Origin: an uncultured Streptococcus sp. | GTDB taxonomy: Bacteria > Bacillota > Bacilli > Lactobacillales > Streptococcaceae | Assembly (NCBI GenBank): GCA_905373305.1 | Contig: CAJPSM010000001.1 | Span: 168 to 64,167, forward strand | Direction: 5' to 3' | DNA: 64,000 bases | Part shown: positions 42,861-54,522 of the stretch, piece after piece | Numbering within the stretch: the first letter of the stretch is position 1 | Layout: every line of letters starts with the position of its first letter | The notes under the pieces: generated by a model | Seen by the model: the letters and a program-made list of their open reading frames with translations, nothing else | Told to the model about the DNA's origin: nothing | The model's database searches: none | Program-made: the position numbers and the translations under genes

Positions 42861-42995
42861 TTAAGCAGCCAAAACTTTGCGTCCTTTACGACGACGAGCT
42901 GCCAATACGCGACGACCGTTTTTAGTTGACATACGGTTACGGAATCCGTGTTTGCGCGCACGACGAAGTTTACTTGGTTGATAAGTACGTTTCAC
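42861..42995 (-). CDS. rpmH: 50S ribosomal protein L34 (absent from the ORF track)
   Basis: GTG start after GGAGG; translates to [44 protein letters not shown] (44 aa). Confidence 0.98.
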
Positions 42996-43139
42996 GATGA
43001 ATACCTCCTCATAGATTTTGTATTCGTTTAGCCGGCTATAAAGTGATCAGTTACTAAACATACTTTACTATTCTATCTGATTCTGCCACTTTTGTCAATA
43101 GTTCCTAGCAAATGTTTTCTAGCTTTTCCTATGAAAGCC

Positions 43140-44354
43140 TTATCTACGATACTGTTTCAAGAAACGAGTCATCTTTTCTTGGATTTGTGCCAGTTCGTCT
43201 ACTCGTGGGAGGTAAACGATACGGAAATGGTCTGGTTCTTGCCAGTTAAATCCTCGACCATGAACCAAAAGAACCTTTTCTTGTTTCAAGAAATTAAGGA
43301 CAAACTGCTCATCATCATCGATGCGATACATATTGCGATCAATTTTAGGGAAGATATAAAGCCCCGCCTTAGGTTTGACTGCAGACAAACCTGGAATATC
43401 TTGAATGGCATTGTAGATAAAATTTCTTTGTTCATAGATACGACCACCAGGAAGGAGCAATTCATCCACCGACTGGTGACCTCCTAGCGAGGTTTGTACA
43501 ACTTGCTGGGCCAAAACGTTAGAGCAGAGGCGCATATTTGAAAGCATATTGAGCCCTTCAATATAGCCTTTAACATGGGTCTTAGGTCCAGATAAGACCA
43601 TCCAGCCTACACGGAAACCAGCGATACGGTGGGATTTCGAAAGACCGTTCATGCTGACGCAGAAGACGTCTGGAGCCAGACTTGCTACCGGTGTATGAAC
43701 ATGTCCATCCATCACCATGCGGTCATAAATCTCATCTGCAAAGATGATCAAATCGTTTTGACGCGCAATCTCGATGATCTCCAATAAGAGTTCCTTAGGA
43801 TAGAGAGCTCCCGTCGGGTTATTTGGATTGATAAGGACGATTGCCTTGGTATTGGAAGTAATTTTTGACTTGATGTCATCAATATCTGGATACCATTCTG
43901 CAGCTTCATCACAGATATAGTGAACGGCATTTCCTCCAGCTAGACTGACAGCAGCTGTCCAGAGAGGATAGTCTGGCATAGGCACCAAGATCTCATCGCC
44001 ATTGTCCAACAACCCCTGCATGGACATGACAATCAGCTCACTGACACCATTTCCAAGGTAAATATCATCAATATCCACATTTGGAAATTTCTTTAGCTGG
44101 CAATACTGCATGATAGCCTTACGTGCCGAAAAAATACCCTTAGAGTCAGAGTAACCTTCACTATCACGCGCATTCATAATCAAGTCATGAATGACCTCAT
44201 CTGGCGCTGTAAAACCAAATTCTGCTGGATTTCCTGTATTCAGACGTAAAATCTTTTCACCATTTGCTCGCATGCGCATGGCTTCTTCCAAAACAGGACC
44301 ACGGATATCATAAGCCACATGCTCTAACTTACTAGACTTGTTATATTCTTTCAT
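43140..44354 (-). CDS. alaA: PLP-dependent aminotransferase class I (AlaA/YfbQ-like)
   Basis: YDIRGPV, LNTGNPA, NPNNPTG, ADEIY, GLSKSHRIAGFRVGW. Confidence 0.9.
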   Translation of the reverse strand: MKEYNKSSKLEHVAYDIRGPVLEEAMRMRANGEKILRLNTGNPAEFGFTAPDEVIHDLIMNARDSEGYSDSKGIFSARKAIMQYCQLKKFPNVDIDDIYLGNGVSELIVMSMQGLLDNGDEILVPMPDYPLWTAAVSLAGGNAVHYICDEAAEWYPDIDDIKSKITSNTKAIVLINPNNPTGALYPKELLLEIIEIARQNDLIIFADEIYDRMVMDGHVHTPVASLAPDVFCVSMNGLSKSHRIAGFRVGWMVLSGPKTHVKGYIEGLNMLSNMRLCSNVLAQQVVQTSLGGHQSVDELLLPGGRIYEQRNFIYNAIQDIPGLSAVKPKAGLYIFPKIDRNMYRIDDDEQFVLNFLKQEKVLLVHGRGFNWQEPDHFRIVYLPRVDELAQIQEKMTRFLKQYRR

Positions 44355-44493
44355 CTTGTTTCCTCAATTCATCGAGATAGTAACATTATACCACTAGACA
44401 GGCCATGCGACAAGTTTCCTGAAAGAGAGGAGTGCAGAAAATAGTAAAACCTTGCTAAAAAGCAAGGAGAGCAGAGTTTATCAACTATATCGT

Positions 44494-44795
44494 TCACAAT
44501 CCTATAGATAGTGCTGCTAGGAAAAATCCGACAAGAGGGTAATAGCAAGCATCTAACATCAAAAAAAGGAAACTGGTATTTTGAAAGACCACATTTCCAT
44601 TTCGAAACATAGCATAACTCAAAAACAGTTGAAATAGCAAATGAATTAGAGCTAGGTAGATAAAAATCAGAAAATAAAGGTAAGTAATTCTGACATAAAA
44701 TAGATAAATAGAATTTGAAGAGCCAGAGGGATCAATAAACAACTATAAAATCGTTTCGAGAAAGATTTTTCTGCTATTCCAAATACGTGAGCCAT
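44494..44795 (-). pseudogene. Small hydrophobic membrane protein (~100 aa), frameshifted as assembled
   Basis: Strong RBS GAGGAGG before ATG 44795 gives only 42 aa. One extra T in the T4 run (44697-44700) joins it to the hydrophobic 44494..44742 frame. Confidence 0.5.
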
Positions 44796-44954
44796 AAGGA
44801 CACCTCCTCATCTCCGCTCTCTTGCATAGATTCAGTAGAACATAAATAAAGATATAGTGAGGGCGATAACATTTTCAACTAAAATACTTTTTTACTTTAC
44901 TTCTTTAGTGAAAAGGATTACAATAAAAGTAAGAAAATTTCAGGAGGTTTCATT

Positions 44955-45407
44955 ATGGCACAACGTTACCAAAATGTTATGGTTGCAATTGATGGTTCTA
45001 AAGAAGCGGACTTGGCTTTCGTCAAAGGTGTTTACACTGCTCTACGCAATGATTCCAGGCTCACCATTGTCCATGTTATTGACACACGCGCTCTTCAAAG
45101 CGTATCTACCTTTGATGCTGAAGTTTACGAAGAACTCCAAGTTGACGCTGAAAGTTTGATGAAGGAGTACGAAAAACGTGCAAAAGATGCGGGTGTGACG
45201 GATATTCACATCGTCATCGAAATGGGAAATCCGAAGACCCTCCTTGCCCGCACCATTCCAGACGCAGAAAATGTTGACCTGATTCTCGTTGGCGCAACAG
45301 GTCTCAATGCCTTTGAACGCCTCTTGATTGGCTCTTCATCTGAATACATCCTCCGCCATGCAAAAGTCGACTTACTGGTCGTGAGAGAACAAGAAAAAAC
45401 ATTATAG
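44955..45407 (+). CDS. Universal stress protein
   Basis: VAIDGS, GNPK, DLILVGATG, GSSSEY. Confidence 0.93.
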   Translation: MAQRYQNVMVAIDGSKEADLAFVKGVYTALRNDSRLTIVHVIDTRALQSVSTFDAEVYEELQVDAESLMKEYEKRAKDAGVTDIHIVIEMGNPKTLLARTIPDAENVDLILVGATGLNAFERLLIGSSSEYILRHAKVDLLVVREQEKTL

Positions 45408-45440
45408 GAATACAAAAGGAGCCTACTAGGCTCCTTTTTC

Positions 45441-46826
45441 TTACTTATTTCTCTCTTTATGTCGCTCATAAGCCTTGAGCTGACGCTGCAGTTCCTTTCT
45501 GATAGCAGGTTCTGGAGCATATTTTTCGTCCCAGTCATCCGGTTTGAGAATTTTATGTGTAACTGGATCAAAATGGGCTTTTCCATCAGGGAAAACCTTC
45601 CCCATGTTTGCCTCATGCACAATATCAAAGATGCGTTCTGGATCCACTCCCATCAGGGCAAAACTGCCGTAAGTAAAATACAGTGTATCAATTAAGGCAT
45701 CAACTTGCCCGATTAGATCTTTTTGGGCGGGCGTTTTTTTCCTCACCTTTTCGGCCGCCTTATCGAGTGCCGCGTGCATGCTTGCAAGCGACTGCTGGAA
45801 TTCTTCCTCCGAAGAACTTGCCGCACGGACAAACTCTACTAATTCTTCAATTTTAAAGTCTGCACGGTGGGTCGCTCCTTCAACATCCCATGCTTGCGGC
45901 TCTTCTTGAGTCCGTTCATCCATCATGTGGTGGAAGGTCTTGACCTTATTAAAATGGTAGTCCCGACTGACAAACACTTTTTCAGAAGCCAAAACTCCAA
46001 AATGTTCAAGCGCCTTATGGATACCATCTTGTTGGTTACTTGCAGTAATGTGCTTGGCAACTTCTTTGACGCTGCTACTGCCATTTCCCATGGCTATAGA
46101 CATGCCAACACCTGCCAACATTTCCAGGTCATTGTCTGAATCTCCGAAAGCCATGACTTGGTTGAGATCAAAACCATACTCTTTCCCAACTCGACGAATG
46201 CCTTCTAGTTTGGAATTCCCTTGGTTGATGATATCCGCAGCGAAGGGATTGCTTCGAGTCAATTTCAAATCTTCAAAATCACTTGCAGCTTTCTCAGATT
46301 CTTCAGGAGTCATCAGCATTAACACTTGATAGATTGGCTCATTAATCAAACGAAGCAGGTCATCTTCCTTTTGAGGGACTGCCTTGCTAACCATTCGATT
46401 AAAGGAACGGCTAACGGTTCTTGTTAAGACAGTCGGGATAAAACGGCTAACCAGCTGTGAAAAGGATCCGAGACCAAAGGACATAATTTTCGAACCAACA
46501 ACAGCATGCTCGGTTCCAAGAGCAATTTCTTTACGCTCCTTTTTAGCATAGGCAATCAATTGACGCAAGCTTGACTTGGCAATCGGGCTAGCAAATAAGA
46601 CTTTTTCTTTATTAAAGATATATTGTCCGTTATAAGTTATTGCAAAATCCAGGTCTAAATCTTCCATCAATGCCTTGACAAAAAAAGGCCCTCGTCCTGT
46701 CGCCACTCCAACAAGCACCCCTTGCTCTTTGACAATCTTAATCGCGTCCTTAGTGGATTTCAAAACACTCTTACGATCGTTGACTAGCGTTCCATCGATA
46801 TCAAAAAAAACAGCTTTGACTTCCAT
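45441..46826 (-). CDS. Cof-type HAD phosphatase fused to an all-alpha NTP pyrophosphohydrolase-like domain
   Basis: FDIDGTL, ATGR, K, FGDSDND, then a C-terminal extension with EELVEF, DALIDTLY, VHEANMGK, KILKP. Confidence 0.85.
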   Translation of the reverse strand: MEVKAVFFDIDGTLVNDRKSVLKSTKDAIKIVKEQGVLVGVATGRGPFFVKALMEDLDLDFAITYNGQYIFNKEKVLFASPIAKSSLRQLIAYAKKERKEIALGTEHAVVGSKIMSFGLGSFSQLVSRFIPTVLTRTVSRSFNRMVSKAVPQKEDDLLRLINEPIYQVLMLMTPEESEKAASDFEDLKLTRSNPFAADIINQGNSKLEGIRRVGKEYGFDLNQVMAFGDSDNDLEMLAGVGMSIAMGNGSSSVKEVAKHITASNQQDGIHKALEHFGVLASEKVFVSRDYHFNKVKTFHHMMDERTQEEPQAWDVEGATHRADFKIEELVEFVRAASSSEEEFQQSLASMHAALDKAAEKVRKKTPAQKDLIGQVDALIDTLYFTYGSFALMGVDPERIFDIVHEANMGKVFPDGKAHFDPVTHKILKPDDWDEKYAPEPAIRKELQRQLKAYERHKERNK

Positions 46827-46891
46827 CCTATCCCATTCTCCCCTTTTGTGTTACAATGATTATACCACATTTCAGAAAGAGTGAGTAAATC

Positions 46892-47854
46892 ATGCCTAAG
46901 AAAATCCTTGTTTTACATACAGGTGGGACTATTTCTATGCAGGCAGACGCTTCAGGCGCTGTTGTGACTAGCCAAGTCAACCCCATGAACCATGTATCCA
47001 ACCCTCTGGAGGGAATTGAAGTACATGCCCTAGACTTTTTTAACCTACCGAGCCCCCATATCAAACCCAAACATATGCTAGCCCTCTACCATAAGATTAA
47101 AGAGGAAGCAGACCACTACGATGGAGTTGTCATCACACATGGAACAGATACGCTAGAGGAAACTGCCTACTTCCTTGATACCATGGAAATCCCACACATG
47201 CCCATCGTTCTAACTGGAGCTATGCGTAGTTCCAACGAACTCGGTAGCGACGGTGTTTACAACTATCTGAGCGCTTTACGAGTTGCCAGCGATGACAAGT
47301 CAGCTGATAAGGGGGTCCTGGTCGTCATGAATGATGAAATCCACGCAGCCAAGTACGTTACTAAAACCCATACCACCAACGTCGGTACCTTTCAAACTCC
47401 TACTCATGGACCACTCGGCCTCATCATGAAGCAAGAAATCCTCTACTTCAAAACAGCCGAACCGCGAGTCCGCTTTGATCTTGATTGCATACAAGGTCTA
47501 GTGCCTATCATCTCCGCTTATGCAGGTATGACTGATGAATTGATTGACATGCTTGATTTAGATCACCTAGACGGGCTAGTCATTCAAGCTTTTGGAGCTG
47601 GAAATGTCCCAAAAGAAACGGCCCAAAAATTAGAAACTCTCCTCCAAAAAGGAATTCCAGTCGCCTTGGTTTCACGTTGCTTTAACGGGATTGCCGAGCC
47701 CGTCTACGCCTACCAAGGCGGAGGAGTTCAATTACAAGAGTCTGGCGTTCTCTTTGTCAAAGAACTCAATGCCCAAAAAGCTCGCCTCAAATTATTGATT
47801 GCTATCAATGCCGGGTTAAAAGGAGAAGAACTTCGTAATTACATGGAAGGTTGA
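46892..47854 (+). CDS. L-asparaginase (cytoplasmic type)
   Basis: TGGTIS and HGTDTLEE signatures; no signal peptide. Confidence 0.93.
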   Translation: MPKKILVLHTGGTISMQADASGAVVTSQVNPMNHVSNPLEGIEVHALDFFNLPSPHIKPKHMLALYHKIKEEADHYDGVVITHGTDTLEETAYFLDTMEIPHMPIVLTGAMRSSNELGSDGVYNYLSALRVASDDKSADKGVLVVMNDEIHAAKYVTKTHTTNVGTFQTPTHGPLGLIMKQEILYFKTAEPRVRFDLDCIQGLVPIISAYAGMTDELIDMLDLDHLDGLVIQAFGAGNVPKETAQKLETLLQKGIPVALVSRCFNGIAEPVYAYQGGGVQLQESGVLFVKELNAQKARLKLLIAINAGLKGEELRNYMEG

Positions 47855-47859
47855 AATAG

Positions 47860-47894
47860 AAAAACAGGAAATCTTCTCGATTTCCTGATTTTTT
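47860..47894. terminator. Bidirectional terminator between asparaginase and ccpA
   Basis: AAAAACAGGAAATC-TTCTC-GATTTCCTGATTTTTT between convergent genes. Confidence 0.8.
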
Positions 47895-48905
47895 CTATTT
47901 GCGTTTTCGTGTCGAACGACGTTCTGTCAAGCCATGAGGCAGGAGAACTTCACGTTCTTCCAACTCTTCCTTGTGCATGATTTTGGTCAACATACGCATA
48001 CTGATAGCACCAAGGTCATAAAGAGGTTGCGCAATTGTCGTTAAGTTTGGACGAGTGAATCGTGCAATTTGAGAATCATCCGTCGTAATAATTTCAAACT
48101 CTTCCGGTACAGAGACACCATGATCGGCCAAACCATTTAGCACACCTGCTGCCAATTCATCACCTGTCACAACCGCGGCTGTAGCCTGTGAAGAAATCAA
48201 ACGTTCTGCCAAGGCATAGCCATCATTATAGCTGTATTTAGATTCAAATACCAAGCCCTCACTATAAGGGATTTCTGCATTTTTCAAAGCTTCCTTGTAA
48301 CCAATCAATCGAATTTTGCCGTTGATATCATCAACAAGCGGTCCACTGATAAAGGCAATCTTTTCATTTTCCTGAAGCAAATGGGTCACTGCGTCAATCG
48401 TCGCTTGTTTGTAGTCAATATTAACACTTGGCAACTGGTGTTCGATATCCACCGTCCCTGCAAGGACAACTGGTGTCCGAGAACGAGAAAATTCTGAACG
48501 AATCTTTTCAGTCAAGTGATAGCCCATAAAAATGATCCCGTCAACCTGTTTTGAAAAGAGAGTATTAACTACTGAAACTTCTTTTTCATCGTCTTCATCA
48601 CTGTTGGCTAGGACGATATTGTACTTATACATCTCTGCAATATCATCAATCCCCTTGGCTAGGGTTGAAAAATAGCCATTGGTGATATTTGGAATCACGA
48701 CACCAACTGTAGTGGTTTTCTTGCTGGCCAATCCACGCGCTACCGCATTTGGACGGTAGTCAAGACGATCAATTACCTCTAGAACTTTCTTACGAGTATT
48801 CTCTTTGACGTTCTTATTTCCGTTCACTACACGGCTAACAGTTGCCATAGAAACACCCGCTTCACGAGCAACATCATAAATCGTTACTGTATCATCTGTG
48901 TTCAT
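47895..48905 (-). CDS. ccpA: Catabolite control protein A
   Basis: TIYDVAREAGVSMATVSRV and YRPNAVARGLASKKTTT. Confidence 0.98.
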   Translation of the reverse strand: MNTDDTVTIYDVAREAGVSMATVSRVVNGNKNVKENTRKKVLEVIDRLDYRPNAVARGLASKKTTTVGVVIPNITNGYFSTLAKGIDDIAEMYKYNIVLANSDEDDEKEVSVVNTLFSKQVDGIIFMGYHLTEKIRSEFSRSRTPVVLAGTVDIEHQLPSVNIDYKQATIDAVTHLLQENEKIAFISGPLVDDINGKIRLIGYKEALKNAEIPYSEGLVFESKYSYNDGYALAERLISSQATAAVVTGDELAAGVLNGLADHGVSVPEEFEIITTDDSQIARFTRPNLTTIAQPLYDLGAISMRMLTKIMHKEELEEREVLLPHGLTERRSTRKRK

Positions 48906-48969
48906 TCCGTTTCCTTTCTATATTGAAAATTTCGCTTTCATGCATCTGCTTACTCCATTTTATCACTTA

Positions 48970-48985
48970 TTGTAAACACTTTCAA
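48970..48985. promoter_or_regulatory. cre-like site overlapping the ccpA -35 (autoregulation)
   Basis: Minus strand TTGAAAGTGTTTACAA; TTGAAA, 17 bp, TAAAAT forms the promoter. Confidence 0.6.
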
Positions 48986-49109
48986 GTATTTTTTAGAGAA
49001 ACTTTGAAAAAATTTCATTTGATACTCACATTTTAAAAAAAGGAAGAAACTTTTCTTGATTTTTAAATCAGTTTGCTGTATGATAAGAAAAACAAAGGAG
49101 GGAGAGGCT

Positions 49110-49427
49110 ATGGCTTTTACAAATACCCAGAGGCGTTCGGCCAGTTTTGGCGTTGTGACCAGCTTGCCTGATGATGTCATTGACTCTTTATGGTTTATTA
49201 TCGATCATTTTTTGAAAAACGTCTTTGAATTAGAAGAGGAACTCGAATTTCAACTGCTCAATAATGAGGGAACCATCACCTTCCATTTCTCTAGTCAGCA
49301 TCTGCCGACTAGTATCGACTTTGATTTTAATCATCCCTTCGACCCTCTTTACCCTCCTAAGGTCCTTGTTTTAGACATGGACGGGAAAGAAACCATCCTC
49401 CTTCCTGAAGAAAATGACCTATTTTAA
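49110..49427 (+). CDS. Conserved hypothetical protein (DUF960-like)
   Basis: RBS GGAGGGAG, R.ASFGV..SLP N-terminus, TILLPEE C-terminus. Start set at ATG 49110. Confidence 0.75.
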   Translation: MAFTNTQRRSASFGVVTSLPDDVIDSLWFIIDHFLKNVFELEEELEFQLLNNEGTITFHFSSQHLPTSIDFDFNHPFDPLYPPKVLVLDMDGKETILLPEENDLF

Positions 49428-49477
49428 AAACTCTAGCTTCTCGGCGCAAACTGCTGAGTAACTAGAGTTTTCTTTTT

Positions 49478-50761
49478 CTAATAAATGGAGCGACTAACAA
49501 CCAGACCATTGGGTTTTGTATACTCTAAATCAAGATAATCCTGGTAAGTCCCTGGTACGATGAAACCTTGGGGACTCAATATATCAGTCCCAGCTTTTCC
49601 CACGATTGAGTCTGCCAGCAAGACACAATTGGTACTGAGAACAAAGTAGGTCTTAAACTCAGATGAGCTAAATTTATAGAGGGTCGCATCCGCTTCCTGT
49701 TTCAGTTGGTAAGAGTAGGTATGCCTGACCTCACCCTCTCTTCTTTTCATCAACTGAGAGCTTGGCTCCCAAGGAATTAACAGGCCTTCTATCTCTGCTA
49801 GACGAGCTTGGATGGCTGCTTTCTGTTGGTCCGTCAAACTCAGACCATAAGCAAATAAGGTCTTCTGACTTTCCCTCTTACAGAGTTCGATGTATTTTTC
49901 CCGATTGGCCTTAAATAAAACACCGTCTCCGACCATGCCGAATAAACGCTCCGAGTGAGGATCATACGAGCCATAGGAAATAACCTTCCCTTGATAACAA
50001 ATATCCACATGTCCCATAGCGAGAAAGAATGAGGTTTCTGAAGTATGGACAAAAATTTCCAAATCAACCACCTGATCATTTTCTCTTTCTGAACGAACTT
50101 CTCCTTCTTGGTTTTCATGATTTGACAACCACTCATTCAGTTTACGCAAGGTGCTGATAGGAATCAGAGCCGTCACAAAGATCGGTAAGGTCATTCGCAT
50201 TCGCCGCTTCAGCTGGGGATTGCTTTCTATCTTCTCAAAAAAGAAACCATCCCGAAGACTACTGGCTCCTAGCATGAGCAAGTAAAATCCAAGCAAGAGC
50301 AATTCAAAATTCGCCGCATCGTGAAAAGGTGAGATGCTATAAAGACCAAATCCTATCATCCATACAGCATCAAAGAGATGATGAAGCCGAGGATGAATGG
50401 CATTTTTTCGATAGAGGGACCAGGTCACAAGACTGATGGCGCCTGTAAACAGCTGGTAACTCGCAATGATAAAGACTAGGAGATAGAGGGCAAGCTCTTG
50501 CAAAATGATAGAGTCAAATACGAGAGCCGCAACCATCAGCTTAGCCAAGGTTACAAGGATGTTTTCCCTACGTTTTTTATCCTGAAACCAGCGAGTCAAC
50601 AAGTGCCAAACCGCTGACAAGGAAAAGTAGCCCATCAACAACTGGTACCCCATCCGTGGAACAACTTGTCCAAAACGAATCAAGAGAATCCCTAAAATAA
50701 TAGCAAGCAGTCCCTCCCCAATACTCTTCCACTTGCTATAGGTCTCAGAAAGTTTAGGCAT
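49478..50761 (-). CDS. Membrane protein (about 6 N-terminal TMs, DUF308/HdeD-like) with a soluble C-terminal domain
   Basis: 427 aa; overlaps the sulD stop by 8 bp. The C-terminal domain contains GHVDIC and YFVLSTNCV. Confidence 0.8.
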   Translation of the reverse strand: MPKLSETYSKWKSIGEGLLAIILGILLIRFGQVVPRMGYQLLMGYFSLSAVWHLLTRWFQDKKRRENILVTLAKLMVAALVFDSIILQELALYLLVFIIASYQLFTGAISLVTWSLYRKNAIHPRLHHLFDAVWMIGFGLYSISPFHDAANFELLLLGFYLLMLGASSLRDGFFFEKIESNPQLKRRMRMTLPIFVTALIPISTLRKLNEWLSNHENQEGEVRSERENDQVVDLEIFVHTSETSFFLAMGHVDICYQGKVISYGSYDPHSERLFGMVGDGVLFKANREKYIELCKRESQKTLFAYGLSLTDQQKAAIQARLAEIEGLLIPWEPSSQLMKRREGEVRHTYSYQLKQEADATLYKFSSSEFKTYFVLSTNCVLLADSIVGKAGTDILSPQGFIVPGTYQDYLDLEYTKPNGLVVSRSIY

Positions 50762-51575
50762 CGCCTTGCTCCAACTGATTAAGCAAGTAACGAATTGGTT
50801 GCTTTAAGATCGGATGGATAAAATGGGGAGCTAGTTCTTGCAGAGACTCAAGTACAAAGAGGCGTTCTGCTACATAAGGGTGAGGCAAGATGAGGTCGTC
50901 TGTATAAATGACCTGGTCCTCCACAAAGAGCAAGTCCAAATCAATCAAACGAGGCCCCCAATGCACTTCTCGAACCCGTCCCATTTCTGACTCAATACTT
51001 AACAAGGTCTCTAACAAGACTGGTGCTGGTAGCCAGGTTTCTACTTCAATCACCTGATTAGCAAAACTATCCTGCTCCACGCCACCCCAAGGCTCCGTCG
51101 TCAAGACACTGGACTCTTTGAGAATATGGATACCGTGAGCTCGCAGTTTATCGATAGCTTGTTCCAAGTTCGCCTGCTTATCGCCCATATTACTTCCTAG
51201 AGCGATAAAGGCCCGTTGCTTACAGCGATGAATGGTCACTGAGCAGGTATCCAGCGGCAAATGAACCGGCGCCCAAGGTTTTTTGAGTTCTAGCTTAATT
51301 TCTTGGACAAGAGGATAAGTCTCAAAGGTACGTTCAACTAGTTTGTAGGCTACCGTTTCAATCAAATCCTCAGTGCTTTCCTGAAACCATGTCGTCCACT
51401 GCTGACACAGTTCTCCGTAGTGTACAGAAGCTGTCAAATCCAAGTCTGTCGCTGCCTTGGTCATATCATAGGATAAGCTTGCGGAAATAACAAACTTCTG
51501 CCCCAATTCCTTCTCACTTGGAAAGAGTCCGTGATAAGCAAATATTTCCAAATCTTTGATCTTTAGCTGGTCCAT
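50754..51575 (-). CDS. sulD: Bifunctional dihydroneopterin aldolase / HPPK (FolB-FolK)
   Basis: AYHG...EKELGQKF (FolB); ALGSNMGD and [15 protein letters not shown] (FolK). Confidence 0.96.
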   Translation of the reverse strand: MDQLKIKDLEIFAYHGLFPSEKELGQKFVISASLSYDMTKAATDLDLTASVHYGELCQQWTTWFQESTEDLIETVAYKLVERTFETYPLVQEIKLELKKPWAPVHLPLDTCSVTIHRCKQRAFIALGSNMGDKQANLEQAIDKLRAHGIHILKESSVLTTEPWGGVEQDSFANQVIEVETWLPAPVLLETLLSIESEMGRVREVHWGPRLIDLDLLFVEDQVIYTDDLILPHPYVAERLFVLESLQELAPHFIHPILKQPIRYLLNQLEQGDA

Positions 51576-51618
51576 AACTAGTCCTTTCTAGAAAAATCCG
51601 CTTCAAGCGGATTCTTTT

Positions 51619-52173
51619 TTACAGTCCCATTAAACGATAAGCCTGGTCTCGGAGATCCTTATCTGTTTCAAATAAACCACGAGCTACGGTCGTCAAAGTT
51701 GCAGTGCCTGGTTTTCGAACACCACGCATGCTCATACACATATGCTCTGCTTCAATGACAACAAAGGCTCCTTTGGCCCCTAGATAGTCCATCAAGGCAT
51801 CAGCTACTTCAATATTCAAACGTTCTTGAATCTGTGGTTTTTTAGAGTAGACTTCAACCGTACGGGCTAACTTAGACAAACCTGCCACACGTCCATCTGG
51901 AATGTAGGCAATGTGCGCTCTCCCATAAAAGGGCAAGAAGTGGTGTTCACACATGGTGTGGAAAAAGATATCCTTTTCCACTACCATATTGTCATCAATA
52001 ATCTCAAAGGATTTTGACAAATGTTCCTCAGCAGTTTGACCAAGACCTGAAAAAATTTCTTGGTACATGCGGGCTACACGAGCAGGTGTTTCCTGTAATC
52101 CCTCACGGTTGACATCTTCACCAACGGCCTCTATAATCATTTTTACAGCTGCTTCAATCTTTTGTATATCCAT
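51619..52173 (-). CDS. folE: GTP cyclohydrolase I
   Basis: [37 protein letters not shown]. Confidence 0.97.
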   Translation of the reverse strand: MDIQKIEAAVKMIIEAVGEDVNREGLQETPARVARMYQEIFSGLGQTAEEHLSKSFEIIDDNMVVEKDIFFHTMCEHHFLPFYGRAHIAYIPDGRVAGLSKLARTVEVYSKKPQIQERLNIEVADALMDYLGAKGAFVVIEAEHMCMSMRGVRKPGTATLTTVARGLFETDKDLRDQAYRLMGL

Positions 52174-53473
52174 TCTCGTTCTTCCTCTCCATCAGATAGG
52201 CTCTCACTTGGCTCAAGAAATACAAGGAACCCGTGACAATCCTAACTGTTTTTTTCTCTTCATCTTCTATCATTTTCTGATCTAAAAACTCCTGCCAACT
52301 TTGGTAGTTGAGATTCCTAGACTTGGCAGTCTCTTTCAGCACATTCTCATCAGTGGCCCGACTATCGTCAAAATGTGTTAAAGTCAGTTTACTATCCGGC
52401 GCCGTCTCTAGCAAATCCAACATGTCGTCCAAAGCCTTGGTTTTGATACAAGTAAAGAGGATTTCCTTATGATAATCCGCAAAGCGTTCTTGCAAGGTTG
52501 CTACCAAAGCCTTGATAGCATGGGGATTATGAGCCCCATCCAAAATCATCATAGGTTCGCTAGACAGAACCTCCAAACGCCCTGGCCATCTTGTTTCTTC
52601 CAAGGCTTTAGCAACCAAGGTATTAGCTGGTAGGGCTCGGCCATCTTCTTGACAAAAAGTATCAAGTAAAGCTATGGCCATCCCTGCATTCTCAATCTGA
52701 TGCAAGCCAAGCAGGCCTGTCTGGAAGCAACCCTTTCTGACAGCACTTGTATAGTCAAAGACCTCACCCGTTACCACACTTTCTTGATGACGAACCTGGT
52801 AATCTCTCCCATAGGCAATTCTCGGCGCATCTTTCCCTTCCGCAATGCGGTCAATAACAGTCAAGGCTTCCGGAACAATGTGACCTGTTACCAAAGGAAT
52901 GCCTTGCTTGATAATACCAGCTTTCTGCTCTGCTATAGCTTCCAAGGTGTCACCAAGTAGGGCTACATGGTCTAAGCCAATGGTCGTGATGCCTGTTAAA
53001 ATCGGCTGACAGACATTGGTACTATCCAGAAGTCCACCCATGCCGACTTCCATGATGGCCACATCAACTTTTTCAGTGGCAAAATAATCATAGGCTAGGG
53101 CTGTGATAATCTCAAACTCGGTCGTTCCTTTTAAAGCAACGCCCTTGCCCCCCTCAAGCAAAGACTCATAGTCTGCCATTAGGGCTACTAGCCTAGCTTC
53201 TGAAATAGATTCCCCGTTGACGCTAATCTGGTCTGTATAATGAATGAGATAAGGCGAGCTGAACACACCTACTCTCAGACCTAGTTTTACTAGCATGTTT
53301 TTCAAAAAGGCAATGGTAGAGCCCTTGCCATTAGTCCCTCCAATATGGATGACCTTGAGTTTGAGATGGGGATTGCCTCTTAGCGTCAAGAGTTCCACCA
53401 TTCTCTCCAAACCAAAATGCGGTTGGTCTGTCCGATAGTGGGCAATCCACTGATTGTTTTGAATTTCGTTCAT
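52154..53473 (-). CDS. folC: Dihydrofolate/folylpolyglutamate synthase
   Basis: GTNGKGS, EVGMGG.LDSTN, WPGRLE, LDGAHN, GSLY. Confidence 0.96.
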   Translation of the reverse strand: MNEIQNNQWIAHYRTDQPHFGLERMVELLTLRGNPHLKLKVIHIGGTNGKGSTIAFLKNMLVKLGLRVGVFSSPYLIHYTDQISVNGESISEARLVALMADYESLLEGGKGVALKGTTEFEIITALAYDYFATEKVDVAIMEVGMGGLLDSTNVCQPILTGITTIGLDHVALLGDTLEAIAEQKAGIIKQGIPLVTGHIVPEALTVIDRIAEGKDAPRIAYGRDYQVRHQESVVTGEVFDYTSAVRKGCFQTGLLGLHQIENAGMAIALLDTFCQEDGRALPANTLVAKALEETRWPGRLEVLSSEPMMILDGAHNPHAIKALVATLQERFADYHKEILFTCIKTKALDDMLDLLETAPDSKLTLTHFDDSRATDENVLKETAKSRNLNYQSWQEFLDQKMIEDEEKKTVRIVTGSLYFLSQVRAYLMERKNENGYTKD

Positions 53474-53474
53474 C

Positions 53475-54440
<966 letters not shown>

Positions 54441-54522
54441 TCACCACATTATTTCTCTATTTTACCATAAAAAGAAAAAGATGGATACGCTAGCATTCAT
54501 CTTTTCCAATTAAGGAAATTGT

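Noticed and set aside
42737..42961. 74-aa minus-strand ORF in the track
   Set aside because: It overlaps rpmH in another frame and runs through its terminator; rpmH explains the region.
43021..43028. AACGAATA cin-box-like word upstream of rpmH
   Set aside because: One mismatch, no upstream T tract, and it lies in the leader of a gene that already has a sigma70 promoter (TTGACA...TAGAAT).
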